Assembly (NCBI GenBank): GCA_026003895.1
Contig: BPIC01000005.1
Span: 288,941 to 352,940, forward strand
Direction: 5' to 3'
DNA: 64,000 bases
Source: Dehalococcoidia bacterium
Lineage (GTDB): Bacteria > Chloroflexota > Dehalococcoidia > SpSt-223
Position numbers and translations under genes: made by a program. The notes under the pieces were generated by a model. It was not told the DNA's origin. It did no database searches and saw only the letters and a program-made list of their open reading frames with translations. This document shows positions 39,324 through 50,280 of the stretch, piece after piece; the first letter of the stretch is position 1, and each line of letters begins with the position of its first letter.

Positions 39324-40784
39324 CTAATCCTCGCCTTGCGCCTTGGTCCAGCCCGGCTCGCCATCGATCTCTTCCAGCTTCTCGATGTGCATCCAGCGGT
39401 GCTTCGCGCCGACCTTGGTGATGAGATCCAGCACGTCGCTATCGCCGATCGACGCTCCCTCATTCGCGAGAAAGCGGCAACGCCAGTGATCAACCGAATC
39501 GGTGATCGCGCCCATCGCCGGATAGACCTTGGTGCCGCGGTTCGAGATCATCTTGAGGTGGAGTTTGGTCCCCCGAGCAAGATCCTCGATGCTTCGGCCG
39601 AGTTCCTCGGTCGGTAGTGGGCTCTCGACGAAAATGTCGACACCAGCCAGCCTGCGCTGCTGCGGTCGGACCATTACCGGGTCCTTTGTCACCTCGGGCA
39701 GCTTAATCGGCTTGTAATCGCGCACCTTCCAGTTCGCCGGCTTGCGCCCAAGGTTGCGGATGATCTCGTCGGTGTATTCGGTGGTGGTTGCCATCCGCTC
39801 GTCGCCAACCACGTCGCGGGGCATCTTTTTTCCTTCTTCCAGCGTTACGAGCACAGCATTCTCAATGAGCGCTGCGGCCTCAAACTCGCCGAGATGGCGT
39901 AGCATCATCACCGCTGAAAGGATGACCGCCGTCGGGTTGATGACGTTCTTCCCGGCATACTTGGGCGCAGATCCGTGAACGGCCTCGAAGATTGCGACGT
40001 CATTGCCGATATTGGCCGATGGCGCGAAACCAAGGCCACCAATGAGCGCAGACGAAAGATCGCTGATGATGTCGCCATTCATGTTCGTCGTCACGATAAC
40101 GTCGAACTGCTCAGGCTTTTTTACTAGTTGATGCGCGGTGTTATCGATGATCAGGTGCCAAGCCTCAATGTCGGGATACTCTTTCGCCACCTCCTCGTGG
40201 ACCCGCTTGAGCATCCCTTCGGTCATTTTCATGATGTTCGACTTGGTAGCGGCGACCACTGAGGATCGGCCCTCGGCGCGGGCGAATTCGAAGGCAAAGC
40301 GAACGATCTTTTCGCATCCCTTCCGCGAGATCAGTTTGAGGCATTGGGCGACACCTGGCGTCTGCATGTGCTCAATGCCGGCGTAAAGATCTTCGATGTT
40401 CTCACGGATAACGACGAGGTCGATCCCACGCCCCGAGTAGGGCGTTGGAACGCCCGGGAGCTCGCGGGCGGGGCGGATATTGGCGTAGGTCTCATACAGC
40501 TTGCGAAGCGTCACGTTGGCGCTTTTCTCGCCGTACCCGACCGGAGTTCCAAGGGGGCCCTTCAAGACGACGCGCGTCTTCGCGATGGACTCCATTGTGT
40601 CGGGGCGCACACCGGAGGCCAGCCCTTCTTTGAACACGCGCTCACCCGCGTGGCGTTCCTCCCATTCGATTGGTGCGCCGGTCGCCTCGATGATTCGGAC
40701 GGCCGCATTGACGCACTCTGGGCCGATTCCGTCGCCCGGAATCACCGTCACCAGCTTCTTTCCCGACGCTGTCGTGAATACCAC
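39324..40784 (-). CDS. icd: isocitrate dehydrogenase (NADP-dependent, homodimeric type with Thermus-like C-terminal extension)
   Basis: VIPGDGIGPEC, IRENIEDLYAGIE, NGDIISD and a ~70-aa C-terminal extension. Confidence 0.9.
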   Translation of the reverse strand: MVFTTASGKKLVTVIPGDGIGPECVNAAVRIIEATGAPIEWEERHAGERVFKEGLASGVRPDTMESIAKTRVVLKGPLGTPVGYGEKSANVTLRKLYETYANIRPARELPGVPTPYSGRGIDLVVIRENIEDLYAGIEHMQTPGVAQCLKLISRKGCEKIVRFAFEFARAEGRSSVVAATKSNIMKMTEGMLKRVHEEVAKEYPDIEAWHLIIDNTAHQLVKKPEQFDVIVTTNMNGDIISDLSSALIGGLGFAPSANIGNDVAIFEAVHGSAPKYAGKNVINPTAVILSAVMMLRHLGEFEAAALIENAVLVTLEEGKKMPRDVVGDERMATTTEYTDEIIRNLGRKPANWKVRDYKPIKLPEVTKDPVMVRPQQRRLAGVDIFVESPLPTEELGRSIEDLARGTKLHLKMISNRGTKVYPAMGAITDSVDHWRCRFLANEGASIGDSDVLDLITKVGAKHRWMHIEKLEEIDGEPGWTKAQGED

Positions 40785-40817
40785 CGTTCGTTCTCCTCTG
40801 TGAGATTGTGACGCCCA

Positions 40818-41876
40818 TCATACGGCGGGAGGGCGTCCCCGTGGCGCGATCGCCAATTTCAGTTCGCCCTCGTCGAAGCGCCGCATCGCCTCCGCCGTCT
40901 CCTCGAGCGGCAGTCGGTCGCTGACCAACGACGCGACGTCAATTGCGCCGCTTGCCAACAGCTCAAGCGCACGGCGAACCGTGCGCGGTGTGTGGTGAAA
41001 GACCCCACGCACCGTCAAGGCATCATAATGAACGCGGGCGAGATCTAGCGCGGCCGTCGCGCCGGCAGGTGAACCACCGAAGAGCAGCACGCGACCGCCC
41101 GGCTTAGCCATCGCCACCGCTTGCTCAATGAGCGAGGGGATGCCGGTGATCTCCACGACCACATCGACGCCACCCGTTTCTGCGAGCACCGACGTTGCCA
41201 GATCGCCGCTGTTGGCCTGAATGACGCTGGTTGCGCCAAGACGCCGGGCAAGCTCCAGTCGGTGGGGCTTTCTTCCAATCGCAATTAGCGGCGATGCGCC
41301 CCTGAGCCGAAAGAGCTGGACGAACAGCAGGCCAATCGGCCCAGTTCCCCCGACGACGACCACCGACTCGCCAGGCCGGATGTCCGCTTCCTGTTCGCCG
41401 AGCACCACACACGCGAATGGCTCGAGAAAAGCGAGGGTTTGGTCCGGCACCCCAGCGGGGGCGCGAAAGAGATTGTGGGCGACGATCGGCGCCGAAAGCA
41501 GCACGTAGTCGGCGAAGGCGCCACGCAGCAAGAGCGCGGGGAGCTCGCGGCACAAGTTGGTTCGGCCGATTCGGCAAAAATCGCACGAATCGCAGGGAGC
41601 GGAATTGGCCGCCACCACTCGCTCCCCGACCGTCACCGAGTTGACACCTTCGCCGAGCGCTGCGACATATCCGACGAACTCGTGTCCAAGGGGCCACGGG
41701 GGCGTGAACAGGCGATGGCCTTGGCGATAGGACTTCAGTTCCGTGCCGCAGGTGAGCGCCGTCGTCACTTCGACCAGCACCTCGCCGGGGCCCGGCCGCG
41801 GCACCGGGACCGTCTCGACCACCACCTCGCGGGGGGCGAGGAGCATGGCGGCACGCATGGTCGTGGGGAGCGCCAT
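40818..41876 (-). CDS. zinc-binding alcohol dehydrogenase family (MDR) oxidoreductase
   Basis: MRAAMLL...GPGEVLVEV and GxGxxG (VVGGTGPIGLL). Start is approximate (Met near 41858-41876). The ORF extends to 42119, overlapping the next gene. Confidence 0.8.
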   Translation of the reverse strand: MALPTTMRAAMLLAPREVVVETVPVPRPGPGEVLVEVTTALTCGTELKSYRQGHRLFTPPWPLGHEFVGYVAALGEGVNSVTVGERVVAANSAPCDSCDFCRIGRTNLCRELPALLLRGAFADYVLLSAPIVAHNLFRAPAGVPDQTLAFLEPFACVVLGEQEADIRPGESVVVVGGTGPIGLLFVQLFRLRGASPLIAIGRKPHRLELARRLGATSVIQANSGDLATSVLAETGGVDVVVEITGIPSLIEQAVAMAKPGGRVLLFGGSPAGATAALDLARVHYDALTVRGVFHHTPRTVRRALELLASGAIDVASLVSDRLPLEETAEAMRRFDEGELKLAIAPRGRPPAV

Positions 41877-42901
41877 CAGCGCATCTCGATGACGGCCTTG
41901 AGCCCGTCGCCCGGATGTGCCGTCATCTGGAAGGCATCCAACGCTCGTTCCATGGGAAAACGGTGTGTGATCACCTCGGGGCCGCGCACCAGTCCGCTCC
42001 GCAGATACTCGAAGGCAATCCGTGTTTCGTGCGGCCCGGCGGAGTAGCTCGCGCCGATGGTGTGTTCCTGAAACCAGAGCCGGTGGGGCTCGATCGGCAA
42101 TTGGACGCCCGGGGCGCACGGCGCAAAGAGCATGAGATACCCACCCGGCTCAAGCAGTTCGAGGCCCGCTTGCGCTGGGCCAAGGCCAGAGGGGCCGACG
42201 AAGACAATGTCGGCAAGGCGGCCGTCGTTCGCAGCTGCCAATTGCTCGGCCGCCGGGCCGATCGAGGGATCAATAACCGCGTCTGCCCCATAGGATGGCA
42301 TTCGATTCCGACGGACCGCGATCGGGTCCGAGACGATGATTCGGCTCGCTCCAGCAAGCCGACTTAACTGGGTGAGGAAGATCCCGTTGACCCCAGCGCC
42401 CACGATCGCCACCCGGTCCCCCGGCCGGACGTTGGCGCGCGCGACCGCGCGAATTGCGCAGGCGACAGGTTCAATAAGGACCGCGGCCTCGGACGTCATG
42501 TCGTCCGGAAGCGGCAACACGTCAAGTTCCACGTTGGGCGCTGGAACCCGCACATATTCGGCCAGACCGCCGGGGTCCAGGCGGGTTTGTTTGAATCGCG
42601 GACAGGTTGACCAGTTCCCGCGGCGGCAGCGAGGGCATACCATGCATGGCACATGGTGATGCACAAAAACCCGCTGACCGACTTTCAGGCGTTCGACTCC
42701 CGGCCCGACCTCGACGATCTCACCGACAGGCTCGTGACCCGGCGTCAGTGGGGCGCGCGGCGTGAGATACCATTCCATCACGTCCGACCCGCAGACGCCG
42801 CACAGCTCCATTCTGACGATGATCTCACCCGGTCCCGGGGTCGGCTCTGGGACTTCGATCACGCTGATGTCGCTATTGCTTCGATACTGGACCGCTCGCA
42901 C
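41876..42901 (-). CDS. zinc-dependent alcohol/threonine/sorbitol dehydrogenase family (MDR)
   Basis: MRAVQY...GEIIVRMELCGVCGSDV, a second Zn site CxxCxxC and a GxGxxG motif. Confidence 0.85.
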   Translation of the reverse strand: MRAVQYRSNSDISVIEVPEPTPGPGEIIVRMELCGVCGSDVMEWYLTPRAPLTPGHEPVGEIVEVGPGVERLKVGQRVFVHHHVPCMVCPRCRRGNWSTCPRFKQTRLDPGGLAEYVRVPAPNVELDVLPLPDDMTSEAAVLIEPVACAIRAVARANVRPGDRVAIVGAGVNGIFLTQLSRLAGASRIIVSDPIAVRRNRMPSYGADAVIDPSIGPAAEQLAAANDGRLADIVFVGPSGLGPAQAGLELLEPGGYLMLFAPCAPGVQLPIEPHRLWFQEHTIGASYSAGPHETRIAFEYLRSGLVRGPEVITHRFPMERALDAFQMTAHPGDGLKAVIEMR

Positions 42902-42984
42902 AGCGTCCCCGGACGTGAAATCGGGGCGCTGGCTGCGCCCCGAGCGAGATTATACCGCCGACCGCCTCGGCATGCTGTCGGGCG

Positions 42985-44619
42985 TTATTGGATCCGGTAG
43001 GCGCTGTCCAGATTAATCTGGTTCTGCTGGTCCGTCGGGATGCCCTTGATTTTGGGCGAATGAACATGATAGGAGGCGCCGTTATACGTGAAGAGCAGCC
43101 ACAAGTCCTCTCGCTCAATCTGGGCAGCGCGGCGGTAGAGTTCCGCTCGACGGGCTGGGTCACGCTCGACAAGCGCCGCATCGAAGGTCTGATCCCAGAG
43201 CGGATTGCAATAGAAATACTGGTCCCGCGCGATGTTCGGCGGCCGGTTGCAACCCGTCGTCCCACGATAGGCGCTGAACCACCCATTACGGTCACCAGCG
43301 CCGGCTGAGACGATATCCCCTTTGGGTTGCCGGCCGCTCACCTTGTCACTGAAGACCGCGAGCTCAAGGCTATTGATCTCGATTTCGACACCGATCTCGC
43401 GCAGGTATCCCTGCACGGCGAGCGGTACTTCGGCTGGTTGCGCCGCCGGGGTAAAGTCCAGCCCACCTGTGAGCTTGAAACCATTTGGATACCCCGCTTC
43501 AGCGAGCAACTGGCGCGCTTTTGCGACGTCGTAGGGCCACGGCTGAAGTGCAGGATTCCAATATTGGCTGTCCGGGGTGCCACCTTGGCCAGTGGGTTTA
43601 TTGAACCCCTTGAAGAGTTGTTGGGTCATCGCCTCACGGTTGATGGCGTAGTTCAGTGCCTCTCGGACCCGCTTGTCGGCCAGTGGGCTGCCCTTCGCCT
43701 CCGCCACACCTTGTGGGATTTTCATTGACGCGTTCGTGTTGAGATAGGCGATCACAGTCATGCCGGCGGACCGGAGCTGGTCGGCCTGTTCGCCCGTAAA
43801 ATTGCGAAGCAGCGCAGCATCCAACTCACCCGTCCGGAGCCCGTTAATCACCTGGGCATTTTCGACGATGTTCCGGAAGATCAGCTCTCGGTTCTCAACT
43901 TTGCGGAACGCGTGCCGCTCAGACCGAACTCGGAAATGGGCGATTGATCCCGGCTGGAATTGCACGACCTCGTACGGTCCGGATCCCATTGGCTGCGATG
44001 CGTAGCCCGCATCACCTATCTCTTGATGCACCTTTTTTGACATCGCATAGACGAGAGGGCCGGCCGACGGAATGCTCAGGTCGACGGTTCGCGTGGTGAT
44101 CTGCAGTGTCGTTGGGTTGAGTGCTTGAACTCCGGAGACAGCCGTGATGAGCGAGCGAAGAATCCACCCTTGTTGTTTAAGCGCGAGATCAATGGTGTAG
44201 GCGAGATCTTCAGCCGTGACTGGGTCGCCGTTCCAGAAGCGAACGTCGTTGCGAAGGGTGAAGGTCCATACCGTCCCGTCGGGATTCAGCTCCCACGAAG
44301 TGGCGAGCCATGGCCGCACTTCGAAATTTGGTCCAAATGCCGTCAGTGAGTCATACAGCGGCGCATAAAACCACGGGTTCGAGGTAAAGCCAGCAGGAGA
44401 AAGCGTGTCGCTGAATCGGTTGATTCCGAAAGTGAGAACTTGGTTTTCGGCTCGCCGTTCGGTCGGGGTAGAAGCACCCGAGCTTGGCGCTGCGCTTGGT
44501 GCAGAAGGGGAACAGGCGCTCAGCGTGAGGAAGACGAAGCACAATGAAGCAAGGCGACGGATCATCCTCAGTGGCCTCCGTGACGACCGAACCGAACTTG
44601 ATAGCGGTACCCTAAACAA
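42985..44619 (-). CDS. ABC transporter substrate-binding protein, family 5 (SBP-A)
   Basis: Signal peptide plus a DppA/OppA-like fold. Paralogous to the SBP at 54204-55826. Confidence 0.85.
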   Translation of the reverse strand: MFRVPLSSSVRSSRRPLRMIRRLASLCFVFLTLSACSPSAPSAAPSSGASTPTERRAENQVLTFGINRFSDTLSPAGFTSNPWFYAPLYDSLTAFGPNFEVRPWLATSWELNPDGTVWTFTLRNDVRFWNGDPVTAEDLAYTIDLALKQQGWILRSLITAVSGVQALNPTTLQITTRTVDLSIPSAGPLVYAMSKKVHQEIGDAGYASQPMGSGPYEVVQFQPGSIAHFRVRSERHAFRKVENRELIFRNIVENAQVINGLRTGELDAALLRNFTGEQADQLRSAGMTVIAYLNTNASMKIPQGVAEAKGSPLADKRVREALNYAINREAMTQQLFKGFNKPTGQGGTPDSQYWNPALQPWPYDVAKARQLLAEAGYPNGFKLTGGLDFTPAAQPAEVPLAVQGYLREIGVEIEINSLELAVFSDKVSGRQPKGDIVSAGAGDRNGWFSAYRGTTGCNRPPNIARDQYFYCNPLWDQTFDAALVERDPARRAELYRRAAQIEREDLWLLFTYNGASYHVHSPKIKGIPTDQQNQINLDSAYRIQ

Positions 44620-44680
44620 ATGCTGCGGAGGAGTCCATATTTCCTCCGCAGCACGCTACACCTGACGTGGAGCGTCAGAA

Positions 44681-45620
44681 CTAGGTCGCGGTCTGAGGAG
44701 CCCGGCGTGGCTTCCGAGCCGTGACGAGCATGTTGGCGCCCGCCCGAACCGGCCGGGTGACGTCTTCGAGCCCGATGTCTTTGAGATATTGCTCGAAGTT
44801 TAGGTCGAGATAGCTGAGCATAAACGGCTCGCTGTTGCGCTTGACGGCGTTCTGCCGGCGAATCAAGTCGCCCTCGCTCTCCGCTGGTGGCCAGTCGAAC
44901 CACGTGATGACGTGGCCGGGCTTCGATAGGCGGACCATCTCGCCAATGAACGCCTTGGCGTGATAGTTCGGCATTTCGTGCAGACAGTAGCTTTCGTTGA
45001 CGGCGTCGAAGCTTTCGTCCGCGAAGTACCGCATGTCGCCGCCGTCCATGTGGTAGAAGAAAATGTTCTTGATGCCCAGCTGCTCGGCCTTGCGGCGCGC
45101 CCAGCGCAGCATCGAGGGGGAAAGGTCGACCCCGATCACCTCGGCATCTGGCCACAGTTCGGCCATGACGAACGTCGTCGTCCCGGTGCCGCATCCAACA
45201 TCGAGCGCCCGCTTGGGCTTCAGATCGCCGTAGGCTTTCTTCAGCCAAAACTTCACCGTTTCCGGCTCGGTAAAGTAGAACTTTGTCTTGGAACCCCAGT
45301 GGGTGATCCACGACGCGAACGCCGGATGCAGCGTGGCCGGCTGCGGGTAGGTATGGACCGGCTTCATGAAGTAATACGCAGGGTATTTTGCCGGCTCGGT
45401 CGCCCCCGGCGGCATGAGATCCGTCGCATCGAACGGGCCATCGAGCTTCTCGTAGGTTTCGAGCTCGATTCGCTTTTTCCATGCCGAAATCGTCGGGAAA
45501 TACTTCGACAACCAAAGACTGAAGTTCATCGGCGGGCCGGCGTACCCTGGGGCTCCCTCCGGCGGCCGGCCGATGACTTCAAGCGAACTGGGTCGGGTTG
45601 GCCTAGCTTTCGTCTGGGTC
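44681..45620 (-). CDS. class I SAM-dependent methyltransferase with ~100-aa N-terminal extension (MT-A)
   Basis: Motif I LDVGCGTGTTT, and FDAVNESYCLHEM. About 65-70% identical to MT-C (53142-54098). Start placed at a GTG near 45620. The ORF extends to 45856. Confidence 0.8.
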
Positions 45621-45632
45621 ACGGTGCTCCTC

Positions 45633-46709
45633 CTACTCCTTCCAACCCCACGTGATCCACGGTGTTGGGCTCCCACCGTTCTTCTTTCGCTCGCGGCTTG
45701 GCTCCTCCACCCGTGCAAATCCCGCCTCACGGCACATCGCGGCGAGATCGCGGAGCGCAGCCTGCCGCCAATACGGCTCACCGTTATGTTCAGTTTGCCA
45801 ATCCGACGTGAAGGCTCGGTACAATTCGTGCTCACGGTACGGCGGGGTGTCGGCAATCTGGAACAGCCCGCCCGGCTTCACGATCCGGTAGCCCTCGCGG
45901 ATGATCGCCATCGCTGCGTCGTCGGGGACCTCATGGAACAAAATGGTCGACGTGACGACATCGAAATAGTTATCCGGGAAGTCGGTCTGCTCGGCGGCCT
46001 GTTGGCTGAGGTGCAGCGCGATCCCTTGAGCCTCGGCTTGCTTATGGGCATATTTCAAAAGCGGGGCGGAGATGTCGATGCCATACACGTCGGCGTCCGG
46101 GAATCGTTCTTTGATCGGGTAGGTCGAATGGCCGACCCCGCAGCCGAGGTCGAGAATGCGCTCGTACCGGCCTTCGGGAATGGCAAGCGCGGCGCCGACC
46201 TTCAATTCGGATCGGGCGTTCCGCTCGCCGTGATAGACAACCTGACCGATTTCAAGGACGAACGGGATCAGTGGCTGGCGGTGTTGGCCGCCCGGCTGAA
46301 TGTGGTAGTCAATCTCGTAATAGGCCGGCGGTACGAGGTTCGGGTTCAAACGTAGCGAACCACGCGGATTCGGCACCGGCTCGTCGAGCCACGCGAGCAA
46401 CTCCTTTTCATGCGGGGTCACCGCCTCGAAAAGGCGGCTCCACATCAGCTCTTGAGTTTGCCGAGAGAGAAACTTCTCGGCTTTGTACTCGAACAAAGGC
46501 GAGACGATTTCAGCGACGTCAGCAAACGTCTGGGGCTCAGGTGCCCCGCTCGCCTTTCGCTCCTCAACGGTCTGCCGGTAATGCTTGGCGACCTTTCCGG
46601 CAAGCGCCTGCTGAGTAAACCCCTTGGCATTGCGGATGAAATCGAGGGTTGCTCGGTCGGGCTGGCCGAGCAAGACGCCGTCCTTTGCGATCGTCAACAT
46701 AGGCACCAC
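45633..46709 (-). CDS. class I SAM-dependent methyltransferase (MT-B)
   Basis: LDLGCGVGHSTY motif I, and FDVVTSTILFHEV. 358 aa. Confidence 0.8.
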   Translation of the reverse strand: MVPMLTIAKDGVLLGQPDRATLDFIRNAKGFTQQALAGKVAKHYRQTVEERKASGAPEPQTFADVAEIVSPLFEYKAEKFLSRQTQELMWSRLFEAVTPHEKELLAWLDEPVPNPRGSLRLNPNLVPPAYYEIDYHIQPGGQHRQPLIPFVLEIGQVVYHGERNARSELKVGAALAIPEGRYERILDLGCGVGHSTYPIKERFPDADVYGIDISAPLLKYAHKQAEAQGIALHLSQQAAEQTDFPDNYFDVVTSTILFHEVPDDAAMAIIREGYRIVKPGGLFQIADTPPYREHELYRAFTSDWQTEHNGEPYWRQAALRDLAAMCREAGFARVEEPSRERKKNGGSPTPWITWGWKE

Positions 46710-46786
46710 TTCTCCGATTGGCCCAGATCCATGGATCCGGTGTATTGTACGATACCTTCCCGCCAGTTCTGACAGCCTCGATCCAA

Positions 46787-48244
46787 TCAGACCACGACGC
46801 CTGGCCCACCTGCAGCGGCGAGCGCCGCCGCCGCCTTCGCGGCTTCGGTGCCCGAACGGATCGCATCAACCACCCCCCTTCCGTTGTAGGACGTGCCCGC
46901 TAGCACCAATCCCGGAATTGCGGCGGCGCGGCGCTCTGCCGCGGCAACCCGCTCGAGGTGCCCGAGGGTATAGCGGGGCAGCGCGGGTGACCAGCGGCGA
47001 CCGGCCACGAAGATCGGATCGGCCGAGATCCGGAGCACGTTCCGGATCTCCTCGAGGCCGAAGGCGATCAATTCGTCGTCACTCGAGTGTTCCACCACTT
47101 GGTCGTCGCTGAGAAAAGCGCGAAGCAGGGCATATCCCTCGGGAGCATGGCCCTCCCACCGAATGGAATCCCAGGTCATCGAGTTCACGGCGCCGCGCTC
47201 GCGACTGTGCTTGACGTACCCGGTCCCGGCGAGGATTTTCGGAGCATCTTCGGCACGGAAGGCAAAGGAAAAGGTGGCCATCGATCGGAACCGAACCCCA
47301 GCGAGCGCCTCCGCCAGCGGTGCATCCAGTTGACGGAGGCGCTCGGCTGCTTCGAAGGCCGGCGCGGTCACCACGACAACATCCGCAGAGAGGCGCTCGA
47401 ACCCGGCCGGCCCGCGTGTGACGACATCGAAGCCGCGGGGCGTTCGCGCAATCTCCTCGACAGCGACACCCGTCCGTAGCGTGACATGTGGAGCGTCGCT
47501 CAGCCGCGCGACCAAGCGTGTGATGATGACGTCCATCCCTTCGCGTGGTGCGACGAGGGTTGCATCGGCTTTGCCGAGTTCCTCCAACCGAGCCTTCTGC
47601 TTACGGGCGCCCACACTGACACTGCCGAACTGACGTTCGAAGGCCACGAGACCCGGGGCTGCTGCTGGCGCCGAGAGCGTGTCTCCTTCGCCCCCAGCAA
47701 TCCCCCCGAGCAGCGGCTCAAGGACGTTCCACCACGCCTCGTCGCCGAAGCGACGACGCAGAAATGCTCCGAGGGACTCTTCAGAACCGTCCTTGCGCGG
47801 CGGAAGAAACGGCTCAAGCATGGCCCGCAGGGCGCCAGACGGTGACAAGATGCCTTCCGCCACCAATGCGCCTGGCCGCAAGGGCAAGATGTCGGTGACC
47901 CCTTGGGTAATCGGACGGAGCTTCCCTTTGAAGAGGATGGAGCTGCCGCCGTGGACACGCTTTGGAGACTGCAGTTGGTCTGCGAGCCCGAGGTCGGCAC
48001 ACAGCTCGTAGCCTTCGGGCGCAGCGGCGACGAACCCCTCAGGCCCGGCCTCGATAATGAACCCCTCTCGCCGGATGGTGAAGAACTTGCCGCCGAGACG
48101 GTCGTCGCGCTCGATGACGGTGATCGTCGCTGCAACGCCGGTTTCGGAAAGCGAATCGATCAGCCGGAAGGCGGCCGTCAGGCCCGTGATACCTCCGCCG
48201 ACGATCACAATCTGGCGCGGGTCGGAGGCGAGAGGATCGGTCAC
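46787..48244 (-). CDS. FAD-dependent oxidoreductase of the protoporphyrinogen/coproporphyrinogen oxidase (HemY/CgoX) family
   Basis: N-terminal dinucleotide-binding motif IVIVGGGITGLTAAFRL and overall HemY-like layout. GTG start at 48244 preceded by AAGGAGA. Confidence 0.65.
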   Translation of the reverse strand: MTDPLASDPRQIVIVGGGITGLTAAFRLIDSLSETGVAATITVIERDDRLGGKFFTIRREGFIIEAGPEGFVAAAPEGYELCADLGLADQLQSPKRVHGGSSILFKGKLRPITQGVTDILPLRPGALVAEGILSPSGALRAMLEPFLPPRKDGSEESLGAFLRRRFGDEAWWNVLEPLLGGIAGGEGDTLSAPAAAPGLVAFERQFGSVSVGARKQKARLEELGKADATLVAPREGMDVIITRLVARLSDAPHVTLRTGVAVEEIARTPRGFDVVTRGPAGFERLSADVVVVTAPAFEAAERLRQLDAPLAEALAGVRFRSMATFSFAFRAEDAPKILAGTGYVKHSRERGAVNSMTWDSIRWEGHAPEGYALLRAFLSDDQVVEHSSDDELIAFGLEEIRNVLRISADPIFVAGRRWSPALPRYTLGHLERVAAAERRAAAIPGLVLAGTSYNGRGVVDAIRSGTEAAKAAAALAAAGGPGVVV

Positions 48245-48407
48245 GCGTGGTCTCCTTCGAGGGTGTCGCCGATTTCTACGGATTGATCGCGCCAATTCGC
48301 CGCGACTTCAAGGGCAGAATGGCCATGCTATTCGGACCATTTCCTTGCGCTTTGAGAGCACCGCTTGCGCCGGGAGCGGATCGAGGCATCCCGACGTGGC
48401 ACGGTGC

Positions 48408-49328
48408 CTAGAGCGGCAAGCGGGAGTCGAGCGCCTCTTGCAGTCCCTCGCCGAGCAAGTTGAACGACACCACCGTCAGGAAGATGAGCAGCCCGGGCAG
48501 CAAGGCAACATGCGGGGCGACAAAGAAAAACTGCCGTCCGGTGGCTAACATCGCTCCCCAGTCCGGCTGTGGCGCTTGAGTGCCGAGCCCGAGAAACGAA
48601 AGGCTGGCGGTGGCGATCAGCTTTGCGCCGACATCAAGTGTGCCCGCAACAATGATCAGTGGCAGGCAATTTGGCAGGAGGTGGCGGAACAGAATTCGGG
48701 GTGTGCTACTGCCGAGCGCTTCGGCGGCTTGGATGAATTCGCGCTCCCGCAGCGACAGCACGTGTCCCCGCACGAGCCGAGCGTAGAGCGGTATCCCGAC
48801 GATCGCGACGGCGACCATCGCATTGGTCAAGCCGGGACCAGCGGCGGCCACGATGGCAATGGCCAACAAGACCCCGGGAAATGCCATGACAATGTCGATC
48901 AGGTGGGTAGCCGCCGAGTCGACCCAACCTCGAAAGTACCCAGCGGTCAGTCCAAGCGCCACTCCCGGCACGAGCGACAACAGCGCCGCGCCGATGCCGG
49001 CGAGCAGCGACGTGCGACCGCCCCAGACCAGCCGGCTCAGCAAATCGCGGCCGAGCTCATCACTTCCAAGCAGGTAGCCGGGCCAGCCGACGGGACGCAG
49101 CCGATTGACAGTTTGCAACTCCATTGGGGTGGGGTTCGCCAGAGGCAGCACGGGCGCCGCGAGGGCGAGCGCTACGATGGTCAGCAGAACCACCGTGCCG
49201 GCGACTGCCAGCGGGTGCCGGCGGAATCGCCGCCAGGCTTGGGCACGGGGCGAGACCGAAGCGGACGACGCTTGGGTGCCCCGCGTGCTGAGCGCGAGCG
49301 GTGCGACAGTCGGCTTAGCGTCCGCCAT
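48408..49328 (-). CDS. ABC transporter permease (DppC/OppC-like)
   Basis: 6 TM helices and an EAA-like loop. Overlaps the upstream permease gene. Confidence 0.85.
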   Translation of the reverse strand: MADAKPTVAPLALSTRGTQASSASVSPRAQAWRRFRRHPLAVAGTVVLLTIVALALAAPVLPLANPTPMELQTVNRLRPVGWPGYLLGSDELGRDLLSRLVWGGRTSLLAGIGAALLSLVPGVALGLTAGYFRGWVDSAATHLIDIVMAFPGVLLAIAIVAAAGPGLTNAMVAVAIVGIPLYARLVRGHVLSLREREFIQAAEALGSSTPRILFRHLLPNCLPLIIVAGTLDVGAKLIATASLSFLGLGTQAPQPDWGAMLATGRQFFFVAPHVALLPGLLIFLTVVSFNLLGEGLQEALDSRLPL

Positions 49329-50271
49329 AGCGTATCCGCGGATCGATTCGCGTATAAAGCACGTCGACGAACAGATTGATGATCACAAAGACAAAGGCAG
49401 TAAAGACGATACCCCCTTGGACGAGAGGATAGTCGCGACTGTTGATGCCATTGACGATCAAGAGCCCAAGGCCGGGCCAGCCGAACACATATTCAACGAG
49501 GACGGCCCCGCCGAGCAGGTAACCTGCCTGAGCACCAACGATCGTGACGACGGGAATCAACGCATTCTTCAGGGCGTGGCCCCACAACACCGCGTGTCCC
49601 GCCAGCCCTTTAGCGCGTGCCGCACGGATATAGTCCTGCTGCAAGACCTCAACCATACTCATCCTCGTGACCCGTGCGATAAACGCGAGAGACGGTAGGG
49701 CGAGGGTGACCGCCGGCAGGATGAGGAAGGGCACGATGTCGAATGGCCCTTGCCGAACTGGTGGTGACATGCCTTGCGGCGGCAACCAGCGCAATTGAAC
49801 CGCAAAGATGACGATCAGGACCATCCCGGTCCAAAACACCGGAAGCCCGACACCACACAACGCGAGGAACATGACCAACCGATCGACGAGCGATCGGGCC
49901 CGCGTGGCCGCGAGAATTCCGGCGACAATCCCCCCAGCCGCGGCGAGGGCGAGGCTCGCGGCGCCTAGGATGGCCGTGTTGCCAAAGCGGTCGAGCACCT
50001 CGGCGAGCACCGGACGCCGCAGAAAGATCGACTCGCCAAAGTCCCCGCGGACGAGCCGGCCAAGCCAGCGGACGTATTGGACGACGAGCGGATCGTCCAG
50101 CCCGTATTCTGCCCGGATCGCTCGGATCACGTCGTCTGATGCGTTCGGTCCGGCGAGCAGAGCTGCTGGATCCCCGGGGACGAACCGCATCACCGCGAAG
50201 ACGATGGTGGCAACACCGACGGCGATGGGGACGGTTGCGAGGAGCCGCCGGAGCAGAAACGCGCTGAGCAT
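49315..50271 (-). CDS. ABC transporter permease (DppB/OppB-like)
   Basis: 318 aa with an OppB/DppB-like topology and conserved loop. Confidence 0.85.
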   Translation of the reverse strand: MLSAFLLRRLLATVPIAVGVATIVFAVMRFVPGDPAALLAGPNASDDVIRAIRAEYGLDDPLVVQYVRWLGRLVRGDFGESIFLRRPVLAEVLDRFGNTAILGAASLALAAAGGIVAGILAATRARSLVDRLVMFLALCGVGLPVFWTGMVLIVIFAVQLRWLPPQGMSPPVRQGPFDIVPFLILPAVTLALPSLAFIARVTRMSMVEVLQQDYIRAARAKGLAGHAVLWGHALKNALIPVVTIVGAQAGYLLGGAVLVEYVFGWPGLGLLIVNGINSRDYPLVQGGIVFTAFVFVIINLFVDVLYTRIDPRIRYGGR

Positions 50272-50280
50272 GTTACGCCG

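Noticed and set aside
48576-49379. 267-aa plus-strand ORF antisense to the ABC permease genes
   Set aside because: Charged low-complexity translation. The permease TM pattern on the minus strand is convincing.
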